DNA from: an uncultured beta proteobacterium
Lineage (GTDB): Bacteria > Pseudomonadota > Gammaproteobacteria > Burkholderiales > JAEUMW01
NCBI GenBank assembly: GCA_963747225.1
Contig: CAVVES010000026.1
Coordinates: forward strand, 72,449 to 96,448
Direction: 5' to 3'
Length of the DNA: 24,000 nt
This document shows positions 9,041 through 17,594 of the stretch, piece after piece. Every line of letters starts with the position of its first letter. Position 1 is the stretch's first letter. The notes beneath the pieces are model-generated. The model was not told the DNA's origin and ran no database searches. It was given only the letters and a program-made list of their open reading frames with translations. The translations under genes were made by a program, and so were the position numbers.

Positions 9041-9235
9041 CCGACCCTGACGCGCGTCGGACTTCAAAGCTTACTTCGGCGCGCGCCCCTCCGGCACCAC
9101 TTTGACTGCTCGCTCCCATTCAATTCCCAAGACTACGGAGCCTGATAGCAGCGGTTTCGTTCAACTGATCTTATCTGCCATGCTGGCGCACGACAGATAC
9201 GACCTGTTCGTTAAGCGTCAGAAAAAGTCTCGATC

Positions 9236-9751
9236 GTGACCTCACTAACCAGCACGCTGGATCCATCTCTTCGAGACCTGGCGGAGGCTATATCCGACTT
9301 TCGCAATGCTTCATTTCAGTCCTGCGAGAGTGTGCTGTCGCGTCTCTTGCACATCGTGGACGAAGAACCGCTCGCCGGCTTCCTTGGCGCCGTCTTGCCA
9401 GTTGTCGACTTTGACTCTTGGTATGCAAAGGCCAAGGAAACTATTAGATCAATGGTTGGGTCTGGCGTTCTCACATGGCCAGCCGAGCGGCCAGCACGGG
9501 TGGCGATGCAAATTGCGTTATGTCGCGCAATTGCGGGTGAACGCGTCCGCGGCAGTGCTCGTCGGAAAGTACATCGCCGTCGTCGACTCAGCGGCCTGGC
9601 CAGCCAGCGGCTGCAACCCAAACTCCTGAGCAACGCGCAGAAGCCGAGCGAGCCCGGGCTGAGCAGGAAGCCCGATCTCTTGGGCTCAAGTGGCGTTACG
9701 ACGAGTCTTCAGAGCAGATGGGACGAGGAACCGTCAAGCAGGCGCAAGTGA
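9236..9751 (+). CDS. hypothetical protein; only the first ~100 codons look coding, 3' part probably frameshifted or spurious
   Basis: MTSLTSTLDPSLRDLAEAISDFRNASFQSCESVLSRLLHIVDEEPLAGFLGAVLPVVDFDSWYAKAKETIRSMVGSGVLTWPAERPARVAMQIALCRAIAGE looks protein-like; after this the reading turns into RRKVHRRRRL-type text. Confidence 0.4.
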   Translation: MTSLTSTLDPSLRDLAEAISDFRNASFQSCESVLSRLLHIVDEEPLAGFLGAVLPVVDFDSWYAKAKETIRSMVGSGVLTWPAERPARVAMQIALCRAIAGERVRGSARRKVHRRRRLSGLASQRLQPKLLSNAQKPSEPGLSRKPDLLGSSGVTTSLQSRWDEEPSSRRK

Positions 9752-10101
9752 ATTCGCTCAACGAAGTTAACTTCGACTTTCCGTACCGTGGCAATCAACG
9801 CGGAACCCTTACGCTACGCATCCATCCCAAGTACGGCAAGGACGTCATGCTCTCTATCGACAAGGGCCAGTTCCTTTGCGGCATCGACGACTGCACTGTC
9901 TCGGTTCGCTTCGACGAAGGCAAGGCACAGAACTTCTCTGCCGTCGGACCCTCGGATCACAGCACGACAACTTTGTTCATCCGAGGCTACGATCGCTTCG
10001 TCGCTGCCACGAAGAAGGCGAAGCATGTGTACATCGAGGCTCAGTTCTTTCAGCAAGGAACTCGCGTCTTCGAGTTTGATGTCGCGGATCTCAAGTGGTA
10101 G
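9718..10101 (+). CDS. conserved-looking hypothetical protein, N-terminus unresolved
   Basis: MGRGTVKQAQVNSLNEVNFDFPYRGNQRGTLTLRIHPKYGKDVMLSIDKGQFLCGIDDC...EAQFFQQGTRVFEFDVADLKW. The same frame is open back to 9541 (…PAAATQTPEQRAEAERARAEQEARSLGLKWRYDESSEQ) without an obvious start. Confidence 0.65.
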   Translation: MGRGTVKQAQVNSLNEVNFDFPYRGNQRGTLTLRIHPKYGKDVMLSIDKGQFLCGIDDCTVSVRFDEGKAQNFSAVGPSDHSTTTLFIRGYDRFVAATKKAKHVYIEAQFFQQGTRVFEFDVADLKW

Positions 10102-10254
10102 CAGTCGAACCCGAACCCCTCGCATATGGACTCCCCCGCGAAGGAAAAGATTGATCGACAGTGGTGGCAAAACGAGGGTGACCACGCAGTCGTACACCCG
10201 CATCGTCTGTGGGCTCTGAGTGGCCGGTCCCGTAATACACTCTGGAGGAATCTC

Positions 10255-10519
10255 ATGAGAGCCGTCGTCATCGGCCAATCGTCGGGTGCCACCAGGGATG
10301 CGACCATGGCGGTCTATCCGCGCGACAAGGCGATCGTGGACAAATTCGTCGCGCGGGGTGTCGTCTGGGCAAAGGGCCGTTTTCCGATGGACGAAACATG
10401 GCCATTTTCAAGACGCGAGCGGAAGCGGAGGCCTTTTCGCTTGAGGACCCGTTCATGCTCGAGGGGTTGGTGAAATCGTTTGTGATCAAGGATTGGGCGA
10501 TTCGCTGCTGCCGGAGTGA
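10255..10519 (+). pseudogene. YCII-related domain protein, disrupted by two apparent single-base deletions
   Basis: RBS GGAGG then MRAVVIGQSSGATRDATMAVYPRDKAIVDKFVARGVV; restoring one base near 10365 gives LGKGPFSDGRNMAIFKTRAEAEAFSLEDPFMLEGLVKSFVIKDW; restoring one G near 10497 gives GDSLLPE*. Confidence 0.75.
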
Positions 10520-10765
10520 GACGGCAGTTATCCGAATCCAACCAGCCACCCAAGTCCAGTCTTCTATCCGGGGCGGTTTTTGCCCTAGAGGTCAAGTGCA
10601 AAAGAGAACTTGCTCTCGGCACTTGTTGCACTGATCCGCCGAATCGACAGCGTGTAGTGCTGAGCCGTCGCCAATCAAGACGGGATGCGGGCCCGACCCT
10701 TGCGTTGGAGCGCGCGGCCTGCGGCCTGTGTCGGCCGCTCATCGCGAACGCTTAAGCCCTCTCAC

Positions 10766-11311
10766 ATGCGCATCGAAGGCACTCTGGCAAAGTGGAACGA
10801 CGACCGCGGCTTCGGATTTATCAAGGCGACCCATGGTGGCCCCGAAGTCTTCGTCCACATCTCCGTGTTTCCAAGGGATGGAAGTCGCCCCAGAATCGGA
10901 GAGCGACTTACCTTCGAAATTGAAATCGACAACGGGGGAAGGAAGCGGGCAAAGAATCTTGTGTGCTCCGACCGCCAGTGCGCTTACACCCCACGGAGCA
11001 CTGCTTCTCATCACCGCCCTGAGAGAAAGAGTTTCCTTGCTCGCATCGCTCCCCTTGCTGTCTTCCTGTTGATCGTCTACGGATACAGTCAATACTCCCG
11101 CCGCGGCGCTCCCCAGGAATCTGCGGTTGCACAGCCGATCGATCAGGCAAGCTTTTCGTCACCCTTTCGCTGCGACGGTCGCACCTCTTGCGGACAAATG
11201 TCGTCCTGCGCCGAAGCCACGTTCTTCCTGCAGAACTGCCCCAACGTCAAGATGGATGGCAATCACGACGGTGTACCTTGCGAACAACAATGGTGCAGCT
11301 CTCGACGCTAA
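10766..11311 (+). CDS. cold-shock domain protein with one TM segment and a C-terminal excalibur (calcium-binding-like) domain
   Basis: MRIEGTLAKWNDDRGFGFIKATHGGPEVFVHISVF (RNP-like CSD), TM IAPLAVFLLIVYGYSQYS, C-terminal CAEATFFLQNCPNVKMDGNHDGVPCEQQWC. Confidence 0.87.
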   Translation: MRIEGTLAKWNDDRGFGFIKATHGGPEVFVHISVFPRDGSRPRIGERLTFEIEIDNGGRKRAKNLVCSDRQCAYTPRSTASHHRPERKSFLARIAPLAVFLLIVYGYSQYSRRGAPQESAVAQPIDQASFSSPFRCDGRTSCGQMSSCAEATFFLQNCPNVKMDGNHDGVPCEQQWCSSRR

Positions 11312-11868
11312 GTGACGTTGACGCCGATTGGGCATAGGTCCATACCTGCCTCGTACTGCCGCATCCGCCGAACAAATCTGCTACGCTCCCGTCGAAGGAT
11401 CAGGAGTGCCGTAACTTCCCCCAAAGGAGAAGAAGGGCGCGGGGGAAGCTGAAGGATGGTTCCACGTTGACTAAAGCCTTACCGATATACGCCGAAACGC
11501 ACGGGGTGCGTCTCTCAGAGGTGGCCTCCTGAGACTCATGATGGCAGGCTGGGTACATGTAGTTGTCGGCCCAACCAGCTTCCTGTTGGGATTCCTAATT
11601 ACAGAGGTTATTTCCCGATTGTCTGAAATCAGAAGGAGGATATGCATATGATCAAGAAGGCAGTCATATCAAGTGGGATCAAGCCGTGGTCATGTGTCAG
11701 AAGATCTGCCGAACGTTTCATCACGTTTCTGGGGCCCCACCTTCCTTCCGGGCGCAGCCCGCTGACGAGCTTGCGAAATCAAGCGAAAAGGAACCTGAGA
11801 ATGATGTTGCGCGTCTCGGAATTTCAAAGAAGATGGATTAAACCATGTAGCCTATCCGGAGCATCGCG

Positions 11869-12879
11869 ATGACCCTAATCGACGCATGGGTCGCCACAGC
11901 GGCCGGGCAGAAACTGGTACGTCAGCAGATCGACCTCGGGCCCCTCGGGTCCGAAGACGTGGAAGTGCAGGTCGAACATTGCGGGCTGTGTCACTCCGAT
12001 GTCTCGGTCCTGAACAACGAATGGGGCTTTTCGAGCTACCCGGCGGTGTTGGGGCACGAAGCGGTCGGTCGCGTGATGGCGGTCGGCGCGGCGGTCAAGG
12101 GCATCATGGTTGGCCAGCGCGTGGGCATCGGCTGGAATGCCGCGAGCTGCATGCATTGCCGGCAATGCATATCCGGCGACCAGCACCTATGCGCGCAGGT
12201 GCAGCCGACCATCGTGGGCCATCGCGGCGGATTCGCCGGCCGCGCGCGCGCGCACTGGGCGTGGGCGGTCCCGCTTCCGGACGAGCTCGATGTCGCCGAA
12301 GCCGGACCGCTCCTGTGCGGTGGCATCACGGTCTTCAATCCGCTTGCGATGTACGCGAAACCCACAGACCGTGTTGGCATCGTCGGTATCGGTGGCCTGG
12401 GTCACATGGGCGTGAAGTTCGCCGCCGCATACGGCTGCGAGGTGACCGCGTTCACCTCCAGCGAGGGGAAGTTCGACGAGGCGCGCGGCTTCGGCGCGCA
12501 CCATGTGGTTTCGAGCCGCGATTCGGACGCGATCAAGAAGCTGGCTGGCACGCTGGATCTGTTGATCGTGACAGTGAACGTCCCGCTCGACTGGGCTGCA
12601 TTGGTCGCGGCCCTCGCTCCGAACGGCCGGCTGCATGTCGTCGGTGCGGTGCTGGAGCCGATTCCGGTCGGCGCCTTTTCGCTGATCGGTGGTCAGAAGA
12701 GCGTTTCTGGTTCGCCGACCGGGTCGCCCGTGGCGATCGGAACCATGCTCGACTTTGCTGCGCGGCACGGCGTTACCCCGCAGACCGAGCATCTGCCGAT
12801 GAGCCGGATCAACGAGGCATTCGAGCGGCTGAAGGCAGGCAAGGCGCGATACCGCATCGTGCTCGACGCGGATTTCTAG
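11869..12879 (+). CDS. zinc-dependent NAD(P)-alcohol/aldehyde dehydrogenase (MDR superfamily)
   Basis: HCGLCHSDVSVLNNEWGFSSYPAVLGHEAVGRV, structural Zn Cys cluster CMHCRQCISGDQHLC, nucleotide-binding GIGGLGHMGVKFAAAYG. Confidence 0.93.
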   Translation: MTLIDAWVATAAGQKLVRQQIDLGPLGSEDVEVQVEHCGLCHSDVSVLNNEWGFSSYPAVLGHEAVGRVMAVGAAVKGIMVGQRVGIGWNAASCMHCRQCISGDQHLCAQVQPTIVGHRGGFAGRARAHWAWAVPLPDELDVAEAGPLLCGGITVFNPLAMYAKPTDRVGIVGIGGLGHMGVKFAAAYGCEVTAFTSSEGKFDEARGFGAHHVVSSRDSDAIKKLAGTLDLLIVTVNVPLDWAALVAALAPNGRLHVVGAVLEPIPVGAFSLIGGQKSVSGSPTGSPVAIGTMLDFAARHGVTPQTEHLPMSRINEAFERLKAGKARYRIVLDADF

Positions 12880-12905
12880 ATTCGCGCCCGCGGCGTGGCG
12901 AGCCG

Positions 12906-13409
12906 ATGAAACCGGTGCTGCGCGTCTTCTCGCTCCTGCACGGCGTTCTGGCCGTGCTGTTCGCTCTCGCGTCGGTAATGCTGGTTGCCATCGGCACGAA
13001 AATCGGATGGCATGCGCTCGCCGATGGCCTGACCCGCGCAGCGGCGCAGGAGATCATCGAAGCGATCGGACTTCTCACGGCTGCCGTGGTTGCGCTGCAG
13101 ATTGCGCAGACCATCGCCGAGGAAGAGGTCGTTCGCACGGCGCACGTGAGCGGACCGACGCGGGTCCGGCGATTTCTTTCACGCTTCCTGGTTGTCGTCG
13201 TGGTGGCGCTGACCATCGAAGGTCTGGTCGCCACCTTTCGCGGCGCTCACGAAGACACCGCGGAACTGCTGTACGCCGCGCTGCTGATCTTTGCGGTAGG
13301 GGTACTGCTGGCTGGCTGGGGCGTATTCGTCCGCCTCAATTGCGCCGCGGAAGAGCTCGAGCCGGAAGCGATGGAAGACGCAAAACGCGAAGACCAGAAG
13401 CTCGAGTAG
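12906..13409 (+). CDS. hypothetical membrane protein (about four TM segments)
   Basis: MKPVLRVFSLLHGVLAVLFALASVMLVAIG...; ATG at 12906, in frame with the longer 11886-13409 ORF whose upstream part overlaps the dehydrogenase out of frame. Confidence 0.75.
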   Translation: MKPVLRVFSLLHGVLAVLFALASVMLVAIGTKIGWHALADGLTRAAAQEIIEAIGLLTAAVVALQIAQTIAEEEVVRTAHVSGPTRVRRFLSRFLVVVVVALTIEGLVATFRGAHEDTAELLYAALLIFAVGVLLAGWGVFVRLNCAAEELEPEAMEDAKREDQKLE

Positions 13410-13412
13410 GCG

Positions 13413-13441
13413 GGACGCCGGACGCTTTCGTCCGGTCGTCC
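13413..13441. terminator. hairpin between convergent genes, candidate bidirectional terminator
   Basis: GGACGCCGGACG-CTTT-CGTCCGG(T)CGTCC, long GC stem with small bulges between stops at 13409 (+) and 13446 (-); no strong T tract. Confidence 0.4.
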
Positions 13442-13445
13442 GTCA

Positions 13446-14315
13446 TCATTTGCCGAGTGCCTGCAACGCGGCGATGCGCTGCTCGACCGGCGGATGCGTG
13501 GAGAAGAGAGCCATCCATCCCGGGCGGTCGTTGATGCCCATCGCGCGGACCGTGTCCGGCAGCTGACCCGGGTCCATGCCGCCCAGACGGGCGAGAGCGC
13601 GGATCATCGGTTGCGAACCGTTGTACTCGGCGGAGCCGCGGTCGGCGCGGAACTCCCGCTGCCGCGAGAACCAGGCGACGATGACCGACGCGAGCAGTCC
13701 GAACACGATCTGACACACGATTACCGTGATGAAGTATCCCGGCCCGATGCCGCGTTCGGTGCGGAATACGGCCCGGTCGACGATCGACCCGACAATCCTC
13801 GAAAGGAACACGACGAACGTGTTGACGACTCCCTGAAGCAGCGCCATTGTGACCATGTCGCCGTTCGCGACGTGCGCGACCTCGTGCGCGAGTACCGCCT
13901 CGACCTCTTCCTGATTCATGGAGTTCAGCAGACCGGTCGAAACGGCGACCAGGGCGGAGTTCTTGAACGCACCGGTGGCGAAGGCATTCGGCTCGCCTTC
14001 GTAGATCGCGACCTCGGGCATGCCGACGCCGGCCTTCTGCGCGAGTCTATGCACGGTCTCGACGAGCCAGCGCTGGGTTGTCCCTTCGGAGCCGTCGATC
14101 ACCTGCGCGCCCGTCGACCATTTGGCCATCGGCTTCGATATGAGGAGCGAGATGATGGCACCAGCGAAGCCGACGACCGCAGAGAAGGCGAGCAGCGGTC
14201 CGAGAGGCATGCCTTGCTGCCACATCACCTGATCGAGGCCGAGCAACTTGAGGACGATCGTAATCACCGCCAGTACGGCGATGTTGGTGAGCAGGAAGAG
14301 GGCAATGCGCTTCAT
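13446..14315 (-). CDS. htpX: protease HtpX, M48 family zinc metalloprotease
   Basis: [27 protein letters not shown], zinc motif HEVAH ([35 protein letters not shown]), C-terminal [13 protein letters not shown]. Confidence 0.96.
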   Translation of the reverse strand: MKRIALFLLTNIAVLAVITIVLKLLGLDQVMWQQGMPLGPLLAFSAVVGFAGAIISLLISKPMAKWSTGAQVIDGSEGTTQRWLVETVHRLAQKAGVGMPEVAIYEGEPNAFATGAFKNSALVAVSTGLLNSMNQEEVEAVLAHEVAHVANGDMVTMALLQGVVNTFVVFLSRIVGSIVDRAVFRTERGIGPGYFITVIVCQIVFGLLASVIVAWFSRQREFRADRGSAEYNGSQPMIRALARLGGMDPGQLPDTVRAMGINDRPGWMALFSTHPPVEQRIAALQALGK

Positions 14316-14469
14316 GGGGCCTCCTGGGGGTCCGGAGTGGCGTGAAGTCTCGATTGTACCCGTGAGCCGCGCTTGCCGCTCCGTGCCGATCGCGACGTTC
14401 ACGAAAGGATACCCAAGATCGGTGAAGTGTCGGTAGCATTGACCGTAACGTCCTTCGCGGGAGGGAATC

Positions 14470-14844
14470 ATGCAAGGCACACTTCAGAACTACCAAGGGT
14501 CGTGTCACTGTGGTGCGGTCGGCTTCGAAGTAAAATCCACGTTGAGCCCGTCGTTGCGCTGCAATTGCAGCCTCTGCCGCAGGAAAGGAACGATCATCGC
14601 GCCGGTACTCGCAGAGAATTTTCGACTGCTCCGCGGCGAGGAGCAACTCGCGCTTTACCAGTTCAACATGAACGTGGCCAAGCACTACTTCTGCAAGGTG
14701 TGCGGCATTCACGTCTTTCATCGCCCCCGCATGGCTCCGGACACCTATCGCGTCAACGTTGCATGTCTGGAGGGCGTCGATCCATTTTCCCTGAAGCTCG
14801 ACCTGAATGACGGCGCTTCGTTTTCGACAGTCAGCTCAGAGTAG
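14470..14844 (+). CDS. GFA-family protein (glutathione-dependent formaldehyde-activating/CENP-V fold)
   Basis: [45 protein letters not shown]... CHCG, CNCSxC and [15 protein letters not shown] zinc motifs. Confidence 0.9.
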   Translation: MQGTLQNYQGSCHCGAVGFEVKSTLSPSLRCNCSLCRRKGTIIAPVLAENFRLLRGEEQLALYQFNMNVAKHYFCKVCGIHVFHRPRMAPDTYRVNVACLEGVDPFSLKLDLNDGASFSTVSSE

Positions 14845-14909
14845 TGGCACTAGCGGCGACCAGCCGGTGGGGACCACGGCAACGCTCTTGTATGCGCCGG
14901 TCGTGCTGG

Positions 14910-15135
14910 TTACTCAGGCGTTACACCGGCGGCCTTGACGACCTTGCCCCATTCCTCCATCTGTTCCTTGATGTACGCAGCGAACTGCTCCGGACTGCTG
15001 CCGATCACATCCACACCCTGGGCAGCGAACTTCTGTTTCACGTCAGGCATATTGAGAATCTTCACGATCTCTGCGTTGAGCTTGGTGATGATCGGCTTCG
15101 GCGTCCCGCCCGGCGCAGCTCGTGGAGCCAGTAAA
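14910..15135 (-). pseudogene. C-terminal remnant of a tripartite tricarboxylate transporter substrate-binding protein (TctC/Bug family)
   Basis: Minus-strand translation ...APGGTPKPIITKLNAEIVKILNMPDVKQKFAAQGVDVIGSSPEQFAAYIKEQMEEWGKVVKAAGVTPE* ending at 14910; no upstream portion of the gene is present. Confidence 0.8.
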
Positions 15136-15196
15136 TACGGCGATCGGGGTGGTGCAACGGTGACGCGCCGATGGCCATAGCGATTCGGAGCGTGCC

Positions 15197-15781
15197 TTGA
15201 TGGGGGAATACCGCCTCGTTACGGCGTGGCATCTCGACACGCTGGTCGCGCAGGTCTGGGACGCGCTCGTCGCGGTGGAGCAGTGGCCGCGCTGGTGGCG
15301 CTTTCTTGAATCGGTCGCGGAACTCGAGCCCGGCGACGCGGATGGCGTCGGTGCTCTTCGGCGCTACGTCTGGTCGAGCCGGCTGCCCTATCGACTCGCG
15401 TTCGAGATGCGCACCACCGTGGTCGAGCGATACGCATTGATGGAAGCGGTCGCAACGGGCGAGCTGAACGGGGTGGGACGCTGGCGACTCAGCACGAGCG
15501 GAGAAACCACGCGCGTGCGATATGAGTGGACTGTTGCCACAGCAAAGCGCTGGATGAATGTTCTGGCCCCGATTCTCGCACCGGTCTTTCGGTGGAATCA
15601 CGATCAGGTCATGGCTGAAGGGGGCCGCGGACTTGCACGACATCTCGGAGTGAGGTTGATCGCTAATCTGGGTTCTTCCGATACCGAAGCGCCAACTCTC
15701 GCGAGGGAATCCCGCAACGACAGCGCTGCACCATCTCGAAGCGGATCGGGGTCGCATCGCACGCCTATGATGCGGCTCTGA
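15197..15781 (+). CDS. SRPBCC-fold (polyketide cyclase/dehydrase-like) protein
   Basis: MGEYRLVTAWHLDTLVAQVWDALVAVEQWPRWWRFLESVAELEPGDADGVGALRRYVW...LARHLGVRLI; typical START/Bet v1-like N-terminal pattern. Confidence 0.78.
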   Translation: MMGEYRLVTAWHLDTLVAQVWDALVAVEQWPRWWRFLESVAELEPGDADGVGALRRYVWSSRLPYRLAFEMRTTVVERYALMEAVATGELNGVGRWRLSTSGETTRVRYEWTVATAKRWMNVLAPILAPVFRWNHDQVMAEGGRGLARHLGVRLIANLGSSDTEAPTLARESRNDSAAPSRSGSGSHRTPMMRL

Positions 15782-15826
15782 GATTTGTCGATGGATTTCC
15801 TGCGCCAAGCATCGCTTGCATAACGC

Positions 15827-15856
15827 AAAACGGAGGACTTCGCGCCTCCGGTCTTG
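15827..15856 (-). terminator. candidate intrinsic terminator, best oriented on the minus strand
   Basis: CGGAGG-ACTTCGCG-CCTCCG; minus strand reads CGGAGG...CCTCCGTTTTGCG. Confidence 0.35.
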
Positions 15857-15968
15857 CTGGTATGTGGCTTGCCTACTATGCTTCCGCTCTTTGCACCAAT
15901 CCCGAGCCGCATCAAGCGAGCATCAGTTTGTTTCGCTGCCCCCGCAGTTCCCTCACTGGAAATCCATC

Positions 15969-17552
15969 ATGACCGCTCACGTTCAACGCCGTAGCCACGC
16001 GCGCTTGCTTTCGGCAATCATTTGCGTCGCGTGGACGTTGCTGGGTCCGACAGGCCCCACCTCTGCCGCTGAAGCGCTGAAGTCGTACAACGTCGATCTC
16101 AGCGAGACTTCGGTCTCCGGGATTTCTTCTGGCGCATTCATGGCGGTGCAGTTCGGCGTCGCGCACTCTTCGATCGTGAAGGGCGTCGGCGCAACCGCAG
16201 GGGGTCCGTATTTCTGCGCCTCCGACGACGTGCCATCGCTGCGCGGAACCATCGGCAACGTGATCGCGCGCTGCATGCAGGGAGATCCCGCTTATCCCAA
16301 GCGGCCGATCACGAAGACGCAGATGGGTGCCATGGCGAAGGCCACGGAATCCTGGGCACGCGCGGGCAGGATCGATGCGACTTCTCACCTGAAGCGGCAA
16401 CGGATCTGGATCTTCCACGGGTACAACGACGGTGTCGTGAGGTATCCCGTCAGCGATGCGCTCTACGACTACTACACGCACTTCGTGGATCCGAGCCGGA
16501 TTTTCTACAAGGACAATCTGAAGGCCGGCCACGCCCAGATCACCGATGAGTGCGGGGACCGGCAAGGGGTATGCAACCTTTGTCAGCACACCGGCGGCAA
16601 TTTCATGAATCAATGCCAGCAAGCCGGTGCGACCAACGTTCCCTACGATGCCGCAGGCAGCATGTTGCAACACATCTACGGTACTTTGGCGCCGAGGAGC
16701 AGCCCCAGCGCGCCGAAAGGGAAGATCATCCCCTTTTCGCAGAGCGAGTTCGCGCGCGATGGAACCGGTGCGCCACTACCGATACGTATTGCGATGGCTG
16801 AAGACGGATACGTGTATGTCCCCGACGCGTGCGGCAAGGAAGAGCGCTGCCGAGTGCACATAGCTTTCCACGGGTGCCTGCAGTCCGCCGACAAGATCGG
16901 CAGCGCGTTCTACGAGCACGCCGGCTACAACGAGTGGGCGGACAACAATCACCTCATCGTCCTCTATCCGCAGACCCAGGCCACGTTGTTGTTCGGCCTC
17001 CCGATCAATCCGCAAGGTTGCTGGGATTGGTGGGGCTACAACGATTCTGCGTTCAATCCCTCGGGGCGTTATGCGACCAAGCAGGGACTGCAGATCGCGG
17101 CCATCCGCCGCATGCTGGATCGGCTGAGCGGACAGCAGTCTGCGGTCACGCCCGCGGGCGTTTCCGCGTCCCCGTCCGGCGCTGTGCCGGCGGGTTTCGT
17201 CGTCGGCGATTTCACTCATCGGAAGGTGGGCTTGCGGTGGGATCCCGTGGCAGGCGCTTCCGGATATAACGTCTACCGCAGCACGACCGCCGGCGGACCC
17301 TACAGCGATGCGCAGCGCGTGAACACACAACCGGAGGCGGGCACGACCCTCGTCGATTACAAAGTGAATCCGACCACGAAGTATTTCTACGTGGTAAGGG
17401 CGGTGGAATCAGGAAACAAGGAGAGCCCAGACTCGGCGGAGGTGAGCGTCGTCACCGCTCCGATCCCTCCCGCGTGCGATCCGTTCTTTTCCTTGCAGAA
17501 GAACGCGGCGGTTACGAAAAACAACAAGCCGACTACGGAAACTTGTCCCTGA
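15969..17552 (+). CDS. secreted PHA-depolymerase-like esterase (extracellular catalytic domain type 2-like) with a fibronectin type III-like region
   Basis: Signal peptide; lipase box GISSGAFMAVQFG; IFHGYNDGVV; HIAFHGCLQS; YPQTQATLLFGLPINPQGCWDWWGYN; FN3-like VGLRWDPVAGASGYNVYRSTTAGGPY...YFYVVRAVESGNKES. Confidence 0.88.
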   Translation: MTAHVQRRSHARLLSAIICVAWTLLGPTGPTSAAEALKSYNVDLSETSVSGISSGAFMAVQFGVAHSSIVKGVGATAGGPYFCASDDVPSLRGTIGNVIARCMQGDPAYPKRPITKTQMGAMAKATESWARAGRIDATSHLKRQRIWIFHGYNDGVVRYPVSDALYDYYTHFVDPSRIFYKDNLKAGHAQITDECGDRQGVCNLCQHTGGNFMNQCQQAGATNVPYDAAGSMLQHIYGTLAPRSSPSAPKGKIIPFSQSEFARDGTGAPLPIRIAMAEDGYVYVPDACGKEERCRVHIAFHGCLQSADKIGSAFYEHAGYNEWADNNHLIVLYPQTQATLLFGLPINPQGCWDWWGYNDSAFNPSGRYATKQGLQIAAIRRMLDRLSGQQSAVTPAGVSASPSGAVPAGFVVGDFTHRKVGLRWDPVAGASGYNVYRSTTAGGPYSDAQRVNTQPEAGTTLVDYKVNPTTKYFYVVRAVESGNKESPDSAEVSVVTAPIPPACDPFFSLQKNAAVTKNNKPTTETCP

Positions 17553-17594
17553 GAATGCCTTCTCCTAGGTTTCCGGTTACACGTTGCAACGTAT

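Noticed and set aside
11312-11868. About 550-bp low-coding gap with a 76-aa ORF (11642-11872)
   Set aside because: ORF has no recognisable features and overlaps the dehydrogenase start; I could not find terminal inverted repeats, a tRNA or a convincing ncRNA fold by eye.
11886-12905. Upstream part of the 507-aa ORF ending at 13409
   Set aside because: It is an alternate frame of the alcohol dehydrogenase; the real product starts at ATG 12906.
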